From Nitrosopumilus sp. (GTDB taxonomy: Archaea > Thermoproteota > Nitrososphaeria > Nitrososphaerales > Nitrosopumilaceae), in the NCBI GenBank assembly GCA_965204345.1, contig OZ241981.1:1974536-2038535 (forward strand): DNA of 64,000 bases, written 5' to 3'. Shown here one piece after another: positions 1 to 10,741 of this stretch (positions within the stretch are counted from its first letter, which is position 1; the number at the start of each line of letters is the position of its first letter). The position numbers were made by a program, and so were the translations under genes. Under the pieces are notes generated by a model. It was not told the DNA's origin, did no database searches, and worked only from the letters and a program-made list of their open reading frames with translations.

Positions 1-189
1 ACAATTTTCTTCTTTTGAAATTTTTCTTATGACCCATCCATTTCCACATCCTATGTCTAAGAATGTAAATTTCTTCTCAAATGATATTGTCTTTAAAAAT
101 TTTAAAACATTCTTCCCGTGCTCTATCTCCATTGATTCTGCCTTTCCGTTTTTAGCCCACCTGTCAAAAGTTTCCCTGACTTTGTCCAT
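1..189 (-). CDS. Class I SAM-dependent methyltransferase, N-terminal part (runs off window edge)
   Basis: Manual translation from ATG at 189: MDKVRETFDRWAKNGKAESMEIEH...FLDIGCGNGWVIRKISKEENC; contains SAM-binding motif I (LDIGCGNG). Not in the ORF track. Confidence 0.85.
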   Translation of the reverse strand, partial: MDKVRETFDRWAKNGKAESMEIEHGKNVLKFLKTISFEKKFTFLDIGCGNGWVIRKISKEENC

Positions 190-311
190 TTACCTTGATT
201 AATTCATTCTCAATATAATCTTCATCTTGCTGGTCATTGCTATGGATGAATTGCTGTGTTTCTTATGTGCAATTTTGATGAATTATCTTCAAATAAGACT
301 GCCTGATGATA

Positions 312-413
312 CTAGTATTGCCTTTTGGGCAGTTACTATCTGGAATGGTGCATCTCATGAGAACATCTAGCATCCTGCAATGAATGCTAGTATTGCCTTT
401 TGGGCAGTTACTA
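312..413. repeat. Two identical 27-bp direct repeats with internal dyad symmetry, 48 bp apart
   Basis: CTAGTATTGCCTTTTGGGCAGTTACTA at 312-338 and 387-413. Confidence 0.9.
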
Positions 414-494
414 GGCCTGATTTGGTCCAATCTGACTATTATACATATCATAGCTGCTCAAGTTTTAAGTAATATGAGCCTCGATTTGATTCTT

Positions 495-3452
495 ATGAGG
501 AAAATTCCAATAGTTTTGAGTATCTTTGTGCTACTTTTAATGCCTGTTTATGCCTCTGCTCAAACCCCAGCTGGAATTACTATTCTTGAAAATTTTGGTG
601 ACTATAGCAATGGAGAACCGTTGTTTGTTTATGGTCAAATTGCCAATCCTGTAGATGATTCCTTTTTGATCATGCAAATTTTTAATCCTAATGAGGATCT
701 GTGCCAAATTCAACAGCTGATACCATTAGAAAATGGCGTCTTTATCACTGATGTAATTCCCCTAAAGGGTAGGATATGTGGAACTCCTGGAGAATATGAA
801 ATAAAATTATTTTATGGTGACATGTCCAAGTCTACGACATTTAATGTTTCATCTGATTCTTTTATAGAACCAGACACTGAACAAAAAATACTCTTGGCTC
901 AGAATTTAATTTCTGAACAAACAGCTATCATTGAGCAAATATCTGACATTTCTTTATCTTCATCAAATCCGGTTGCAAGTGATTTAGACACTTTAGAATC
1001 TGATTATGTATCTTTGTGGGGTGAGTTTTTTGTAGATGATTTAATTTTTGAAATCGATCCTTTGATCAGACCTGCCATAGAATCATCTTTAGATTCTGTA
1101 GAGAAAATGTTAGATGACGGTGAGATTTCTTTTGAGATTGCGCAATCCATTGATAATGTGTTATTTGCATCTGTTTTTTACTATGAAATTGGCGATAAAG
1201 CCAAAGCAATTGACCTGTTAGCTGATGCTTTTGTAGACATAAGAAATGCCAATCCAGAAAAAACAGCCACCCAAAGGATTCCTACTTTTGATGAATTAGA
1301 AGCAACGCTGCTAAATCTAATGACAAAATCTGACACCGTACTGAGCAAATCAGTTAAAAATGAAATTGGCTTTATTTTTGCTAGAGGTACTGCTCCTGTC
1401 TATACATATGAACTTGCTGAGCTTATTGATATTTTAACTAAATCTCGTTATCTTGACGTTGTATCTAGAAAGCAAAGTGATCTTTACAACTTGGTTCAAC
1501 GTGATTGGGAATCTCTAAAACTTTCTTTAATTGGCAAGGACTCCATTGAAGAGTTAATTCTCTCCATTGAGCGTGTCTCTAAACTGCATCAGGCTGCAAT
1601 TCTTTTACGTGAACTTGATAGCGTTGATAGGTTCATTTCTTCAGATTCTGAGGAAAACAGTGATCTTGCTAATCTCATTATGAATGATTGGGATGACCTA
1701 GAACGTGATTTATCTTTGGCATCTAACGTAGATGATATCCTCGAATCTGAATCAAAAATCAATCAAATGGCACAAGTTATTGATATTTCATCTAGAATTC
1801 ACAAAAGTGTTGAAATTTCACAAAGCAACGGTGTTGACCCCAAGCTTGCAAGTAGTTGGAGTCTGCTTTTAGAACAAGTTGAAAATGCTAATTCTGTAGA
1901 TGATGTTTTACAAATTGTGTCTGAATTTAATCAATCCATGACTGAACTTAGAGAAAAACGAAATCCATTGACTGTATTAAAACTCCAATATGACAGCATG
2001 AAAGAAACTGCAAAACTTCAGGCTGATTATGAAAATTTGGTTTTAATTGATAATGCACTACAGATTCTAAAGACTGCTAAAGAAATGGAATCTGGCAATC
2101 CTTCCATAACTAGGATTGATCGAATTGAGGTTTTGCTAACTTGGGTTAGTGAAAAGGCCCCCTTGATAAAAAGTGATTTAGACGCATATAATAAAGACAC
2201 ATACAAAGTCCGGGCAAGTGATATTTTACAGCGTGCAAAATCCCTTGAAAATTTAGCTGAACTAAGTTTAACAAAGAACAAGTTCCTGCCAAAATATGTT
2301 GAATTTGCTGAAACGTTCAATGAAAAAATTGACAATGCTAGGGATCTTGTAATTAAAAACCAGCTTAATGAAGCTGATAAACTAGTTGATGCCTTATTTG
2401 ACGAATGGACTATGGTTTCAAAAGCATATACTGATGATCCATTCGGTTCTAATACCGGATATAACCTAGATGAAATCAAGCGAATTGAATTTTATGAAAA
2501 ATTAGATGGCTTTTCAAACATGGTATCTACTTTCCACAATGCCGATTTTTCTGAATATGTCGATGAATATGAACAGAAAATGAGTGACGCTAATGATTTG
2601 ATCGAGATTGCCAATTTTGTGGATGCTGAATCAAAAATTTTAGAAATTGGCTCGTATCTTAGTGAACATTTGGTATTAAATGATGAAAATATCATGTTTG
2701 ACATTTCATTTGATACTGAAAAAGATATCTGGATAATCTCTGGCGCTACTGACAAATCTACTTTTGATAGACGTGAAAATCTGTATGTAACAGTATACAA
2801 CATGGATGGTACCACTCATAGCAGTCTTGAATTTACTGATACCAAGCAAGGAAACTTTTTGACCCAATGGGTTGCCCCTACTGATTCTGGATTGTACGTT
2901 GTAATGCTACAGTACAAAGATTCACAGGCTACACAAATTGTAAATGTTGAAGAAAAATTTGACTATGAATATACTGCATCTGATTTAGACATGGTTGATT
3001 TGGCACGCGAATTTGGTGAATTAGAATCATTTGCTGAAAATTTCGGCGGTAATTCCTTTTATGATAATCCACGATTTTCTTCTGTGATTAATGAAATCAA
3101 ACTTGCATTTGGTAACAAAGATGAGAAACGCATAGATGATAACCTGGAAGAACTAAAAACGTTAATTGAGCGCTATCTGCCTGTTCGTTCTCGTTCTGCT
3201 GTAGTTGAGGTTGCCTATGACAATGATAAATTAGTTGTATCCGGCGCAGTCGAAAAAGCTGTGACGTTTAGGGAAGATTTGTTTGTTGATGTATATGATC
3301 AAAGAGGTGAATTGGTTGAGGCGATTGCTCTTAAGGACAATCCATCTGGTCTATTTACTGAAGTTGTTCCACGCTCACTTGATTCAGGCATTTATGTTGC
3401 ACAATTACAATATCATGACATGTTGGTAACTGATTTCTTTAATGTAAACTAG
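495..3452 (+). CDS. Large exported acidic protein (signal peptide, probable beta-sandwich termini, helical middle); function unknown
   Basis: ORF 384-3452; likely start at ATG 495 (MRKIPIVLSIFVLLLMPVYASA, signal peptide). The two C-terminal segments resemble each other (GLYVVMLQY / GIYVAQLQY). Confidence 0.75.
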   Translation: MRKIPIVLSIFVLLLMPVYASAQTPAGITILENFGDYSNGEPLFVYGQIANPVDDSFLIMQIFNPNEDLCQIQQLIPLENGVFITDVIPLKGRICGTPGEYEIKLFYGDMSKSTTFNVSSDSFIEPDTEQKILLAQNLISEQTAIIEQISDISLSSSNPVASDLDTLESDYVSLWGEFFVDDLIFEIDPLIRPAIESSLDSVEKMLDDGEISFEIAQSIDNVLFASVFYYEIGDKAKAIDLLADAFVDIRNANPEKTATQRIPTFDELEATLLNLMTKSDTVLSKSVKNEIGFIFARGTAPVYTYELAELIDILTKSRYLDVVSRKQSDLYNLVQRDWESLKLSLIGKDSIEELILSIERVSKLHQAAILLRELDSVDRFISSDSEENSDLANLIMNDWDDLERDLSLASNVDDILESESKINQMAQVIDISSRIHKSVEISQSNGVDPKLASSWSLLLEQVENANSVDDVLQIVSEFNQSMTELREKRNPLTVLKLQYDSMKETAKLQADYENLVLIDNALQILKTAKEMESGNPSITRIDRIEVLLTWVSEKAPLIKSDLDAYNKDTYKVRASDILQRAKSLENLAELSLTKNKFLPKYVEFAETFNEKIDNARDLVIKNQLNEADKLVDALFDEWTMVSKAYTDDPFGSNTGYNLDEIKRIEFYEKLDGFSNMVSTFHNADFSEYVDEYEQKMSDANDLIEIANFVDAESKILEIGSYLSEHLVLNDENIMFDISFDTEKDIWIISGATDKSTFDRRENLYVTVYNMDGTTHSSLEFTDTKQGNFLTQWVAPTDSGLYVVMLQYKDSQATQIVNVEEKFDYEYTASDLDMVDLAREFGELESFAENFGGNSFYDNPRFSSVINEIKLAFGNKDEKRIDDNLEELKTLIERYLPVRSRSAVVEVAYDNDKLVVSGAVEKAVTFREDLFVDVYDQRGELVEAIALKDNPSGLFTEVVPRSLDSGIYVAQLQYHDMLVTDFFNVN

Positions 3453-4670
3453 TCAGTTTTTTCTTTTCACCAAACTGAATAATTGCCTTACTGCAAGTTT
3501 GGGGTGATGGGCAGCTAGTTTGATCATATTTGATATTCCAAAATCTGCCTTAATGAAATCGATAAACTCCTCGGACTTTAACTCCCTAATGATATCAAGT
3601 TCTTTATCCCATTGTACATCTGTCAGTCCCATCCATCTGTCTTGTACCTTGCTTGCAGAGTTTATTTTTGATTCAATCTCTTTTCTCCAATTTTCTTCAT
3701 ATGAGTAAAGGGCTTCCTTGTCAGTTTTCCCTTTTTTTATTGCATCTGATGCCACCTTGCCTGCTACCCTGCCAAATTTTATTGCGTATCTGATTCCTTC
3801 TAGCACCAATGGGTTTGCTTGTCCGGCCGAATCTCCGACTAGCATCAAATTATTGAAAACCGTCTGTCTTGATAGCCCATCATTTGGAATTAGTCCATAA
3901 TGAAACTCAACTTTTGTTATCCTGCCCAATTTTTTGATAGGCCCTGTCTGTTTTTCCATTAGTTCGTCTAGTCTTTCTCTGGGGTCTACATCTGACTCTG
4001 GCTTTCCTACTCCCACTCCGATTCTTACCGTATCCTTGCCTAGTGGAAAGATCCACGCATAGCCTGCCGGAGAATATTCTTGCCCTACCATCAACCACCA
4101 CGTATCTGAATCTACATTTTCTGCTTTAGCTTCATATTCTGCACCAGCTCCAAATCTTTCCCATTGTCTTACAAATCCCATTGCCTTACAAACCGTTGAT
4201 GCAAATCCGGTTGCATCAATTACAACTTTGGAATGAAATGTTATTTTTTCCCTCCCCGCTCCTGTGCCCGTAACTCCAACTATGTCTTCCTTTTCATTCT
4301 TTATGACATTGCTGATGTTTGTCTTAACAAAAATATCTGCTCCTGCATTTTTGGCTTGATCTGCTAGCCATCTATATGTTTTTCTTACATCCAATACTGC
4401 GGCCCGCGAAATTGGGTCACTTATTGTTACCTCATTATTTGGCGAACAAAATGAAAAATTCTTGATTGGATTAAAGCAATCATCTGGAATTCCAAAGTCT
4501 TTGATATTTTGAATCCATGTCACTCCGCTTGTTCTTACTGTCTCTGCTATGGTGCTTTCTTTTTCCAATAATGCAACCTTGACTCCGTTTTTTGCAGCCG
4601 CATATGCTGCTGATGACCCTGCCGGACCTCCCCCGACAATTACTAAATCATAATGATACTCTTCATCCAT
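3453..4670 (-). CDS. Geranylgeranyl reductase family FAD-dependent oxidoreductase (digeranylgeranylglycerophospholipid reductase-like)
   Basis: GGGPAG FAD motif, GYAWIFP, VGDSAGQANPLVLEGI. Confidence 0.85.
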   Translation of the reverse strand: MDEEYHYDLVIVGGGPAGSSAAYAAAKNGVKVALLEKESTIAETVRTSGVTWIQNIKDFGIPDDCFNPIKNFSFCSPNNEVTISDPISRAAVLDVRKTYRWLADQAKNAGADIFVKTNISNVIKNEKEDIVGVTGTGAGREKITFHSKVVIDATGFASTVCKAMGFVRQWERFGAGAEYEAKAENVDSDTWWLMVGQEYSPAGYAWIFPLGKDTVRIGVGVGKPESDVDPRERLDELMEKQTGPIKKLGRITKVEFHYGLIPNDGLSRQTVFNNLMLVGDSAGQANPLVLEGIRYAIKFGRVAGKVASDAIKKGKTDKEALYSYEENWRKEIESKINSASKVQDRWMGLTDVQWDKELDIIRELKSEEFIDFIKADFGISNMIKLAAHHPKLAVRQLFSLVKRKN

Positions 4671-4721
4671 TCTGTCTAACCTATAATGACCCGTGATATA
4701 ATTTTGAGGTCTGATTGACTT

Positions 4722-4931
4722 TTATTTTTTTAATACTGGGGTTCCGGTAGCATCGTTTTCCCTTTCTGCATCAAATGTTTCCATATGTGCCGGATCCCTG
4801 TGCATGAAACTGTGTGTTTCTCCTTCTGTTTTTCTACAGAATTTTGAGTGAATGGTCTCCTCAACCTTTAGGGTTGTTTCATTTTCATGAAATAGTCGTT
4901 TTCCACAGTCAGGACACACAAATTCAGGCAT
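4722..4931 (-). CDS. Small zinc-finger-like protein
   Basis: Likely start at MPEFVCPDCG; CxxC...HxxxC ligands. Confidence 0.6.
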   Translation of the reverse strand: MPEFVCPDCGKRLFHENETTLKVEETIHSKFCRKTEGETHSFMHRDPAHMETFDAERENDATGTPVLKK

Positions 4932-5023
4932 AAATTTGGTCTGTATCAAATCTATTTAGATGTTTCATGCTTGGCCCCTGTCATGGGGATAAACTTTAGA
5001 TGTCAATCCCGTTATTGTAAAAT

Positions 5024-5140
5024 ATGGACGAATCTGAATTCATTCCTTTTATTATGTGGTCCGCAGTTACCGGGATTATAATGGCAGTTACTGGGCTTAG
5101 CTACAGGGTTTATTTGAAGAAAAATAATTCCTACTCTTGA
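5024..5140 (+). CDS. Small single-TM membrane protein (38 aa)
   Basis: Manual translation MDESEFIPFIMWSAVTGIIMAVTGLSYRVYLKKNNSYS; hydrophobic helix followed by basic residues. Confidence 0.5.
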   Translation: MDESEFIPFIMWSAVTGIIMAVTGLSYRVYLKKNNSYS

Positions 5141-5621
5141 TTTAAATATCTTCTAATCAGGCATGGAATTTAATTTTGTTGTATTGTGCCATGTCTTTAT
5201 TTTGTCTTTTTCTGACTCTCTTTTTTTGGGAATTGTTCTCTTTGACTTCCTATGTTCATATATTATGTGACAATTGTAAATTCTTTTGCTGTCAATTAAG
5301 TTACAAATATTATGATATGAGATCTCTTAAATCCTTGATGCCTCTTGATAGTCCTTGAACTGTTTGATAATTTTTGGAGAAACTACAAATCTCCAAAGTT
5401 TCTGGATTGGCAAAATCAACTATTAATTGAACGCGGCTTTTTGATAATGGCAGTTATGAATTAACTCTTGAGATCAACAAAATTAAAAAATACCAATCTT
5501 TGCCTGATGGTGCGGATATTAGCATTGACAACAAGTTACTGTAAACGTGCAATTTGCTGAAAAATATCATTTCACAGGGTTCTATGCTGGAAACTGCTTA
5601 TGCTCAAAGATTCTTTGGATA

Positions 5622-6383
5622 TTATCCTTCAGAAGCCGTTTTTCCACCGTCTACGTTCAAAATGACTCCGGTAACCCAGCTTGCCTCCTCTGATGCTAGA
5701 TATAATGCGGCATTTGCAACATCTATTGGTTCTCCGACCCGTGCAAGTGGTAATCTTTCTTCTAGTACCTTGCGTGCTTGAGAATCATCCAGGTATGGCT
5801 TTATCATCCCTGAGTTAATTATTCCAGGGTTTACACAGTTGCATCTGATATTTCTTCTTGCATACTCGACTGCAATTGATTTTGTGAACATTGCTATTGC
5901 AGCTTTGGTTGATGAATATACTGCTAGGTGCACTCTTGGTATTGCTCTTTCACTTGAGGTGGAACCTATGTTTACTATCGACCCGTTTTTCACTTCTGAC
6001 ATTTTTGATAAAACATATCTTGTCATGTGAAATACCCCTGTTAGATTCACATCAATTAATTTTTTGATTTCCGTGTCTTGCATATTGTGAAAGTGTATTG
6101 GATCATTTATCGTTCCCGCGTTGTTTACCAGTATGTCTATTTTCCCATATGTGTCCATAATCTGATTTACGGACTGTGATACTTGAGACTCGTCAGTTAA
6201 ATCGCATGATATTGACGCAGTTGATTCTTCGTTTCCTATCTCTTTTCTAGCTGCCTCTAGCTGTTCTAGATTTCTTGCAATTAGGATTACCTTGGCTCCC
6301 TCGTCTGAAAATCTCTTTGCAATTCCCTTTCCAATGTCGCTTGATGCCCCGGTAACAATGGCAACTTTTTCACTTAATCGCAT
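5622..6383 (-). CDS. Classical short-chain dehydrogenase/reductase (FabG-like)
   Basis: [17 protein letters not shown] (YxxxK), NVDGG. Confidence 0.9.
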   Translation of the reverse strand: MRLSEKVAIVTGASSDIGKGIAKRFSDEGAKVILIARNLEQLEAARKEIGNEESTASISCDLTDESQVSQSVNQIMDTYGKIDILVNNAGTINDPIHFHNMQDTEIKKLIDVNLTGVFHMTRYVLSKMSEVKNGSIVNIGSTSSERAIPRVHLAVYSSTKAAIAMFTKSIAVEYARRNIRCNCVNPGIINSGMIKPYLDDSQARKVLEERLPLARVGEPIDVANAALYLASEEASWVTGVILNVDGGKTASEG

Positions 6384-6448
6384 ACTGTTGTATAGTGCTC
6401 ATAACTTATAGAATTTATGCTGAATTTTATTCGTGAATTTAAAATATT

Positions 6449-7321
6449 TTACTGATTAATTTTTTTGATATATTCTATGATTCCTGTATAATCTATCTCT
6501 CCAAATCCTTCTTTGACTGCATCTGAGTACACTTCTTCTGCCTTTGCAATCATTGGCAGCTTGATGCCTAATTCGTTTGCAGTGTTTGTCATGGTGGCTA
6601 TGTCTTTTTTTAAATTTGCAAGCGTAAATGTTGGATCGTATCTGCCCTCAATCATTTTGTATGCCTTTTTTTCACTCATGCCTGTTCTGAAATATGTCGA
6701 GTTTAGAATTTCAAGAAATATTTTTGGATTTACATCTGCTTTTTTTACCAGGGTGATGCCTTCAGATAGTGCCAATGCTAACATGGTGATTTGTAGATTC
6801 ATGGCCAGTTTCACACAATGGGCAACTCCGTTCTCTCCCAAGTAAAACACCTTGTTTGCAATTGTATCCAGGACTTTTTGACATTCCTGAAAACTCTTTT
6901 CGTTTCCTGATACCATCATTACTAAATCTCCTGAGATGGCAACGTTTGGCCCTCCCATTACCGGAATGTCCAGCTTAGTTATGCCGTATTCTTTAAATTT
7001 TTTTGAAATATCTTTTGACTCTGTAGGATTTATTGTACTCATGTCTGCAACAATCAAATTCTTGTGTCTTCCCTCTATGATTCCATCTTTTTCAAAGGAA
7101 ATCTGTTTTACTGCATCTGAATCCTTTACTACTATTATTGCCAGGTCTGAATTCTCTGCTACTTCTTTAGGCGATGCTGCAATCTTTGCTCCTTTGTTTT
7201 TTAATTCTAGCGTTTTTTCCTTTGTCCTGTTGTATGCTGTAACTTCAAAACCCGAATCCAGCAAATGTGCTGCTACTGCATTGCCTAGCATCCCTAATCC
7301 TATTATGCCTATTTTCTTCAT
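6449..7321 (-). CDS. Beta-hydroxyacid dehydrogenase (3-hydroxyisobutyrate dehydrogenase family)
   Basis: IGIIGLGMLG, DIPVMGG, KLAMN, KKD motifs. Confidence 0.85.
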   Translation of the reverse strand: MKKIGIIGLGMLGNAVAAHLLDSGFEVTAYNRTKEKTLELKNKGAKIAASPKEVAENSDLAIIVVKDSDAVKQISFEKDGIIEGRHKNLIVADMSTINPTESKDISKKFKEYGITKLDIPVMGGPNVAISGDLVMMVSGNEKSFQECQKVLDTIANKVFYLGENGVAHCVKLAMNLQITMLALALSEGITLVKKADVNPKIFLEILNSTYFRTGMSEKKAYKMIEGRYDPTFTLANLKKDIATMTNTANELGIKLPMIAKAEEVYSDAVKEGFGEIDYTGIIEYIKKINQ

Positions 7322-7333
7322 TGCGTGTCTTCC

Positions 7334-7744
7334 CTAGTGTCTTTCTTCATTTTGAACTTCCCACTGGCTATTTCCAAATCTTGAGGCGACAAATTCTAAC
7401 TGACCTATTGTTTTGTCCCCCTTCTTAACTTTGGCATAATCTAATCTCTTCATTTTGAATATCTTCTCCTTTGGCTTGTATCCGCCCTCTATTACTTTGA
7501 TTTTGAATCTCTTACTTGCCTTGATAATCATTTTTCTTGCACCCTGAACATTGCCAATCCATGAAAACATTTCAAATTCCCCAAAGTTCTCAGTAGATAC
7601 GTTATAGCCGTATAATCTAGCCTCAAGCTTGATTGAATGTGTCCTTGCCTGCTCGTTTAACCATGCAATGACTTTTTCACCGTGTCCCTTCTCGACTCCA
7701 AATGTCTCTGAATCCCCCATAATTACATCTGAGATACTAATCAA
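7334..7744 (-). CDS. Hypothetical protein
   Basis: 136-aa ORF co-oriented with and 12 bp from the dehydrogenase; true start may be MGDSETF. Confidence 0.65.
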   Translation of the reverse strand: MISISDVIMGDSETFGVEKGHGEKVIAWLNEQARTHSIKLEARLYGYNVSTENFGEFEMFSWIGNVQGARKMIIKASKRFKIKVIEGGYKPKEKIFKMKRLDYAKVKKGDKTIGQLEFVASRFGNSQWEVQNEERH

Positions 7745-7801
7745 TAATAATCATTTTCAAACTATTGTTAAACTAAAATATTCATTAAATTATCATATTT
7801 T

Positions 7802-8182
7802 ATGCTCACAATTGATTGCAAGGATGTTGTTTCGATTAAAAATGATTTGCTTGTCTATGTTGCAGATCAGGTCGCTGCCCTCCCGACCTTGAAACATGAT
7901 CAGTTCACTCTGTCTTCTTTGGATGATGATGATGAAATAATTGACACTGTCAAAGTAATTTCTGCAATAAAAGAATATTTGAACTCTATAAATGAGGAAA
8001 AAAACTTTGCAATTACATCAAATAACGATCTCATCAACATTACTTCTATTTCTGGAAAGATAATTGAGACGCCTGCCAATGGCGATGAGCCAAAACATGA
8101 GCTGTTTTCATGCACTCATTGTGGTTTTGTAACCCAGTACCAAGCTGAGTTGACAGTCCACATGAGAATTCACTACATCTAG
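7802..8182 (+). CDS. C2H2 zinc-finger protein
   Basis: C-terminal CTHC...HMRIH. Confidence 0.75.
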   Translation: MLTIDCKDVVSIKNDLLVYVADQVAALPTLKHDQFTLSSLDDDDEIIDTVKVISAIKEYLNSINEEKNFAITSNNDLINITSISGKIIETPANGDEPKHELFSCTHCGFVTQYQAELTVHMRIHYI

Positions 8183-8510
8183 TTTTTTAGGATTTCGTTG
8201 TCTTTTTAACTACCGACATTTCTGCTACTATTGCAAAATATGATGTGAAAATACATTTTGATATTCTGATACATTACTACTTGGCACTTTGTATGTTTTG
8301 AAATTTGTCCTAATTCCTTACTGCTTGCCTGATTTCCAAAAATATCCCTGATGATTATTTTACATTGGTTTTGTTTTATTGCATGTCTTTTACTATACTA
8401 TAAAATTCCAAATGCTGCCACAAAAAAGCCTGTCATACATTCATCGGCCATCTTCCTCATATCCTGATTTTCAGCAGGATCTTTATAAGCACTAATTCCC
8501 CAAATATCGT

Positions 8511-8699
8511 GTGAAAAGACCTTTTAAAAATAATACGATTAGGGTATATTGTGAAAAATGTGATCTAATTTTTGAATCTCGGGAAAAATTTGACAGGCAT
8601 CTTGACTCTCATTCTTCTAATGTGGCATGTGAGGTATGTCCCATTGATACGATAATTTCCAAATTTGCCAATATTTTAAAAAAAGCCTTCTTCCCGTAA
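8511..8699 (+). CDS. Small C2H2 zinc-finger protein
   Basis: CEKC...HLDSH followed by CEVC. Confidence 0.7.
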   Translation: MKRPFKNNTIRVYCEKCDLIFESREKFDRHLDSHSSNVACEVCPIDTIISKFANILKKAFFP

Positions 8700-8741
8700 T
8701 TTGGAATAAGTTTTTTTAACCGATTATTTCTGATTCTAATT

Positions 8742-9407
8742 ATGAATAAAAAAGGCCTAGTTGTAGGTGCCGTAATTATTGCAGCTATAGTTGGAATTGC
8801 AGCATCGGCGTCTTTGTCCTCATCATCTGAAACTGCTAATCTTGCCATGGGTAGGGAGCACGGAACTATCTCTACTGCCATGGGCTCTCCCATCTTGGGT
8901 GATCCAGATGCACCGATTACTATTGTAGAATTTGGTGATTATCAGTGCCATCAATGTTACAATTGGTTTCATAACACCAAGCCTGCAATAATGCGTGAGT
9001 ATATTGAAACTGGAAAAGCAAATCTGGTCTTTGTTGACTTGGCATTTTTGGGACGTGATTCTCCAAAAGCTGCTCAGGCAACTTATTGTGCTGAGGACCA
9101 GCAAATGTATTGGCAATATCACGAGATGCTCTACAATTCCCAAGAACCTACAATCGATGGCGGATGGGCAAACTCAGAGCGACTAAAGGCATTTGCATTT
9201 GCCTTGGGACTCGATATGGGCTTGTTTGAGAGCTGCCTTGATTCTAATAAATATTCAAAGCGTGTTCAGTATAATTCACAGCAGGCAAGAGATCATGATG
9301 TAAGAGGAACTCCTGGATTTTTTGTTGTAGGTCCTGATGGACAAGAACAGCTCGGAGGCGCACAACCATTTTCAGTATTCAAACAAGTACTGGATGCAAT
9401 GGTCTAA
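8742..9407 (+). CDS. DsbA-family thiol-disulfide oxidoreductase, membrane-anchored
   Basis: N-terminal TM, LGDPDAPITIVEFGDYQCHQC (CxxC), GTP cis-Pro motif, GAQP. Confidence 0.9.
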   Translation: MNKKGLVVGAVIIAAIVGIAASASLSSSSETANLAMGREHGTISTAMGSPILGDPDAPITIVEFGDYQCHQCYNWFHNTKPAIMREYIETGKANLVFVDLAFLGRDSPKAAQATYCAEDQQMYWQYHEMLYNSQEPTIDGGWANSERLKAFAFALGLDMGLFESCLDSNKYSKRVQYNSQQARDHDVRGTPGFFVVGPDGQEQLGGAQPFSVFKQVLDAMV

Positions 9408-9892
9408 TGATACCTGCAACTAAACTGGTATTTTCAAACCCAAAATATTTTCTTTTATCTTTTGCCATTTTCACTTCCATGTCTGTTGGCCTGTTGATTT
9501 TATCAGAGTATATTTTCTTGGAACCTTATGTTGTTAGCCATCTTCCATCTGGCACAGAATTTGGATTTGCACTGATAATAGTAATTTCGGTGTTATCTGC
9601 ACTGGTCCTGCCTATGAATATCTTTAGAATAAACATCTTGAAAAAATCTAAACAAAAAATGGGCGGTGGCATGTTTGGCTCTATAATTGGCGCAGCAGCT
9701 GGTGCATGCAGCTGTGGGCCGGTTGGATTTGCCGTAATCTCCACTTTTGGTTCAGTAGGTGCCACTGCAACTGCATTTCTAACCAATTATGAAATGCCGA
9801 TTCGAATAATTGCAATCGGAATTCTGGTTATTACCTATTTTACCACTGTAAAATCACTAAAAACTGAATGCAAGTTTGATCCGTCTTCTTAA
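9407..9892 (+). CDS. Four-TM membrane protein with CSCGP motif, translationally coupled to DsbA
   Basis: TAATG stop/start overlap at 9405-9409; hydrophobic segments. Confidence 0.75.
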   Translation: MIPATKLVFSNPKYFLLSFAIFTSMSVGLLILSEYIFLEPYVVSHLPSGTEFGFALIIVISVLSALVLPMNIFRINILKKSKQKMGGGMFGSIIGAAAGACSCGPVGFAVISTFGSVGATATAFLTNYEMPIRIIAIGILVITYFTTVKSLKTECKFDPSS

Positions 9893-10573
9893 TGAGCTAG
9901 AAATTACCCATTAGGCAAACTTTTGGATATTGTTGATACCTTTTAGTACATTTGAAATTATACTCTTTTATGCGTAAAGTAGATCAAATTTCAGAAGATG
10001 ATGCATGGGATAATTTTATTTCGATGATTAGCAATGACAAGACACAAAATATCCCTGCTGTTTCGTAACTGGGATATCTTTTTTAGGATTTTTTTTTCGC
10101 TCAGAATTAACCGCATCTATTCCATTTAGAGTGTTCAAATAGTCAGCATAAATCCCCATGGTCTTCAAAAGAGTGTTGTGAAACTTTTCAATAAACTAAA
10201 TTTAAAAATTGAGAAAGTGGTAGACATTCGTAATAAGATGGATGCAGAATTGAAAATGTTTTAAAAAATACAGATAAACAAATTTTAAAAATCTAATATT
10301 TGTGCCTTTATTATCTGAAGGTTCTTCTTCAGAAGTTAATTCTACAACAGTTTCAGATGCTTCTTCTTCATCATCATCATACGTAATTTCTATATTTGAT
10401 TGCTCTTGAACATGTTTTACTAAAAACAAATGTGGCCTCTAACCAAAGCCAAGAAAACTAGTTCATTTTTCCTTGTTCTTTAATTCAAAAGTGAACTTTG
10501 GTATCAATTATGCACTAAATAGGCAAATTTTTACAACCTTGGAATGTATCTTCTAGTCTTTTGAACTGTTACC

Positions 10574-10651
10574 ATGACATTCATTTATGTTCCAATTAGG
10601 CCTAGTAGGAGAGATCCTGAAGCTGACGAAATAGAAGATGCTGAAGATTAA
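10574..10651 (+). CDS. Micropeptide MTFIYVPIRPSRRDPEADEIEDAED (25 aa), paralogue 1
   Basis: Manual translation; protein-level match to 12871-12936 despite different codons. Confidence 0.65.
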   Translation: MTFIYVPIRPSRRDPEADEIEDAED

Positions 10652-10741
10652 GGCATCTCCTCCAAATTTCCATTCTGGTCTGGCATATTTTCAAAACCAT
10701 CAAGGTTGTGATATTTATTTGCCTTTTTCAAATTCAACGCA

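Noticed and set aside
312-413. CRISPR array
   Set aside because: Only two repeats and no cas genes; kept as a repeat.
263-494. ORF 263-451 and the 37-codon N-terminal extension of the 1022-aa ORF
   Set aside because: Both translate the intergenic repeat region; the signal peptide points to ATG 495.
9893-10560. ORF 10202-10429 and surrounding AT-rich DNA
   Set aside because: TTG start, low complexity and no recognisable motif; possibly a decayed gene but unsupported.
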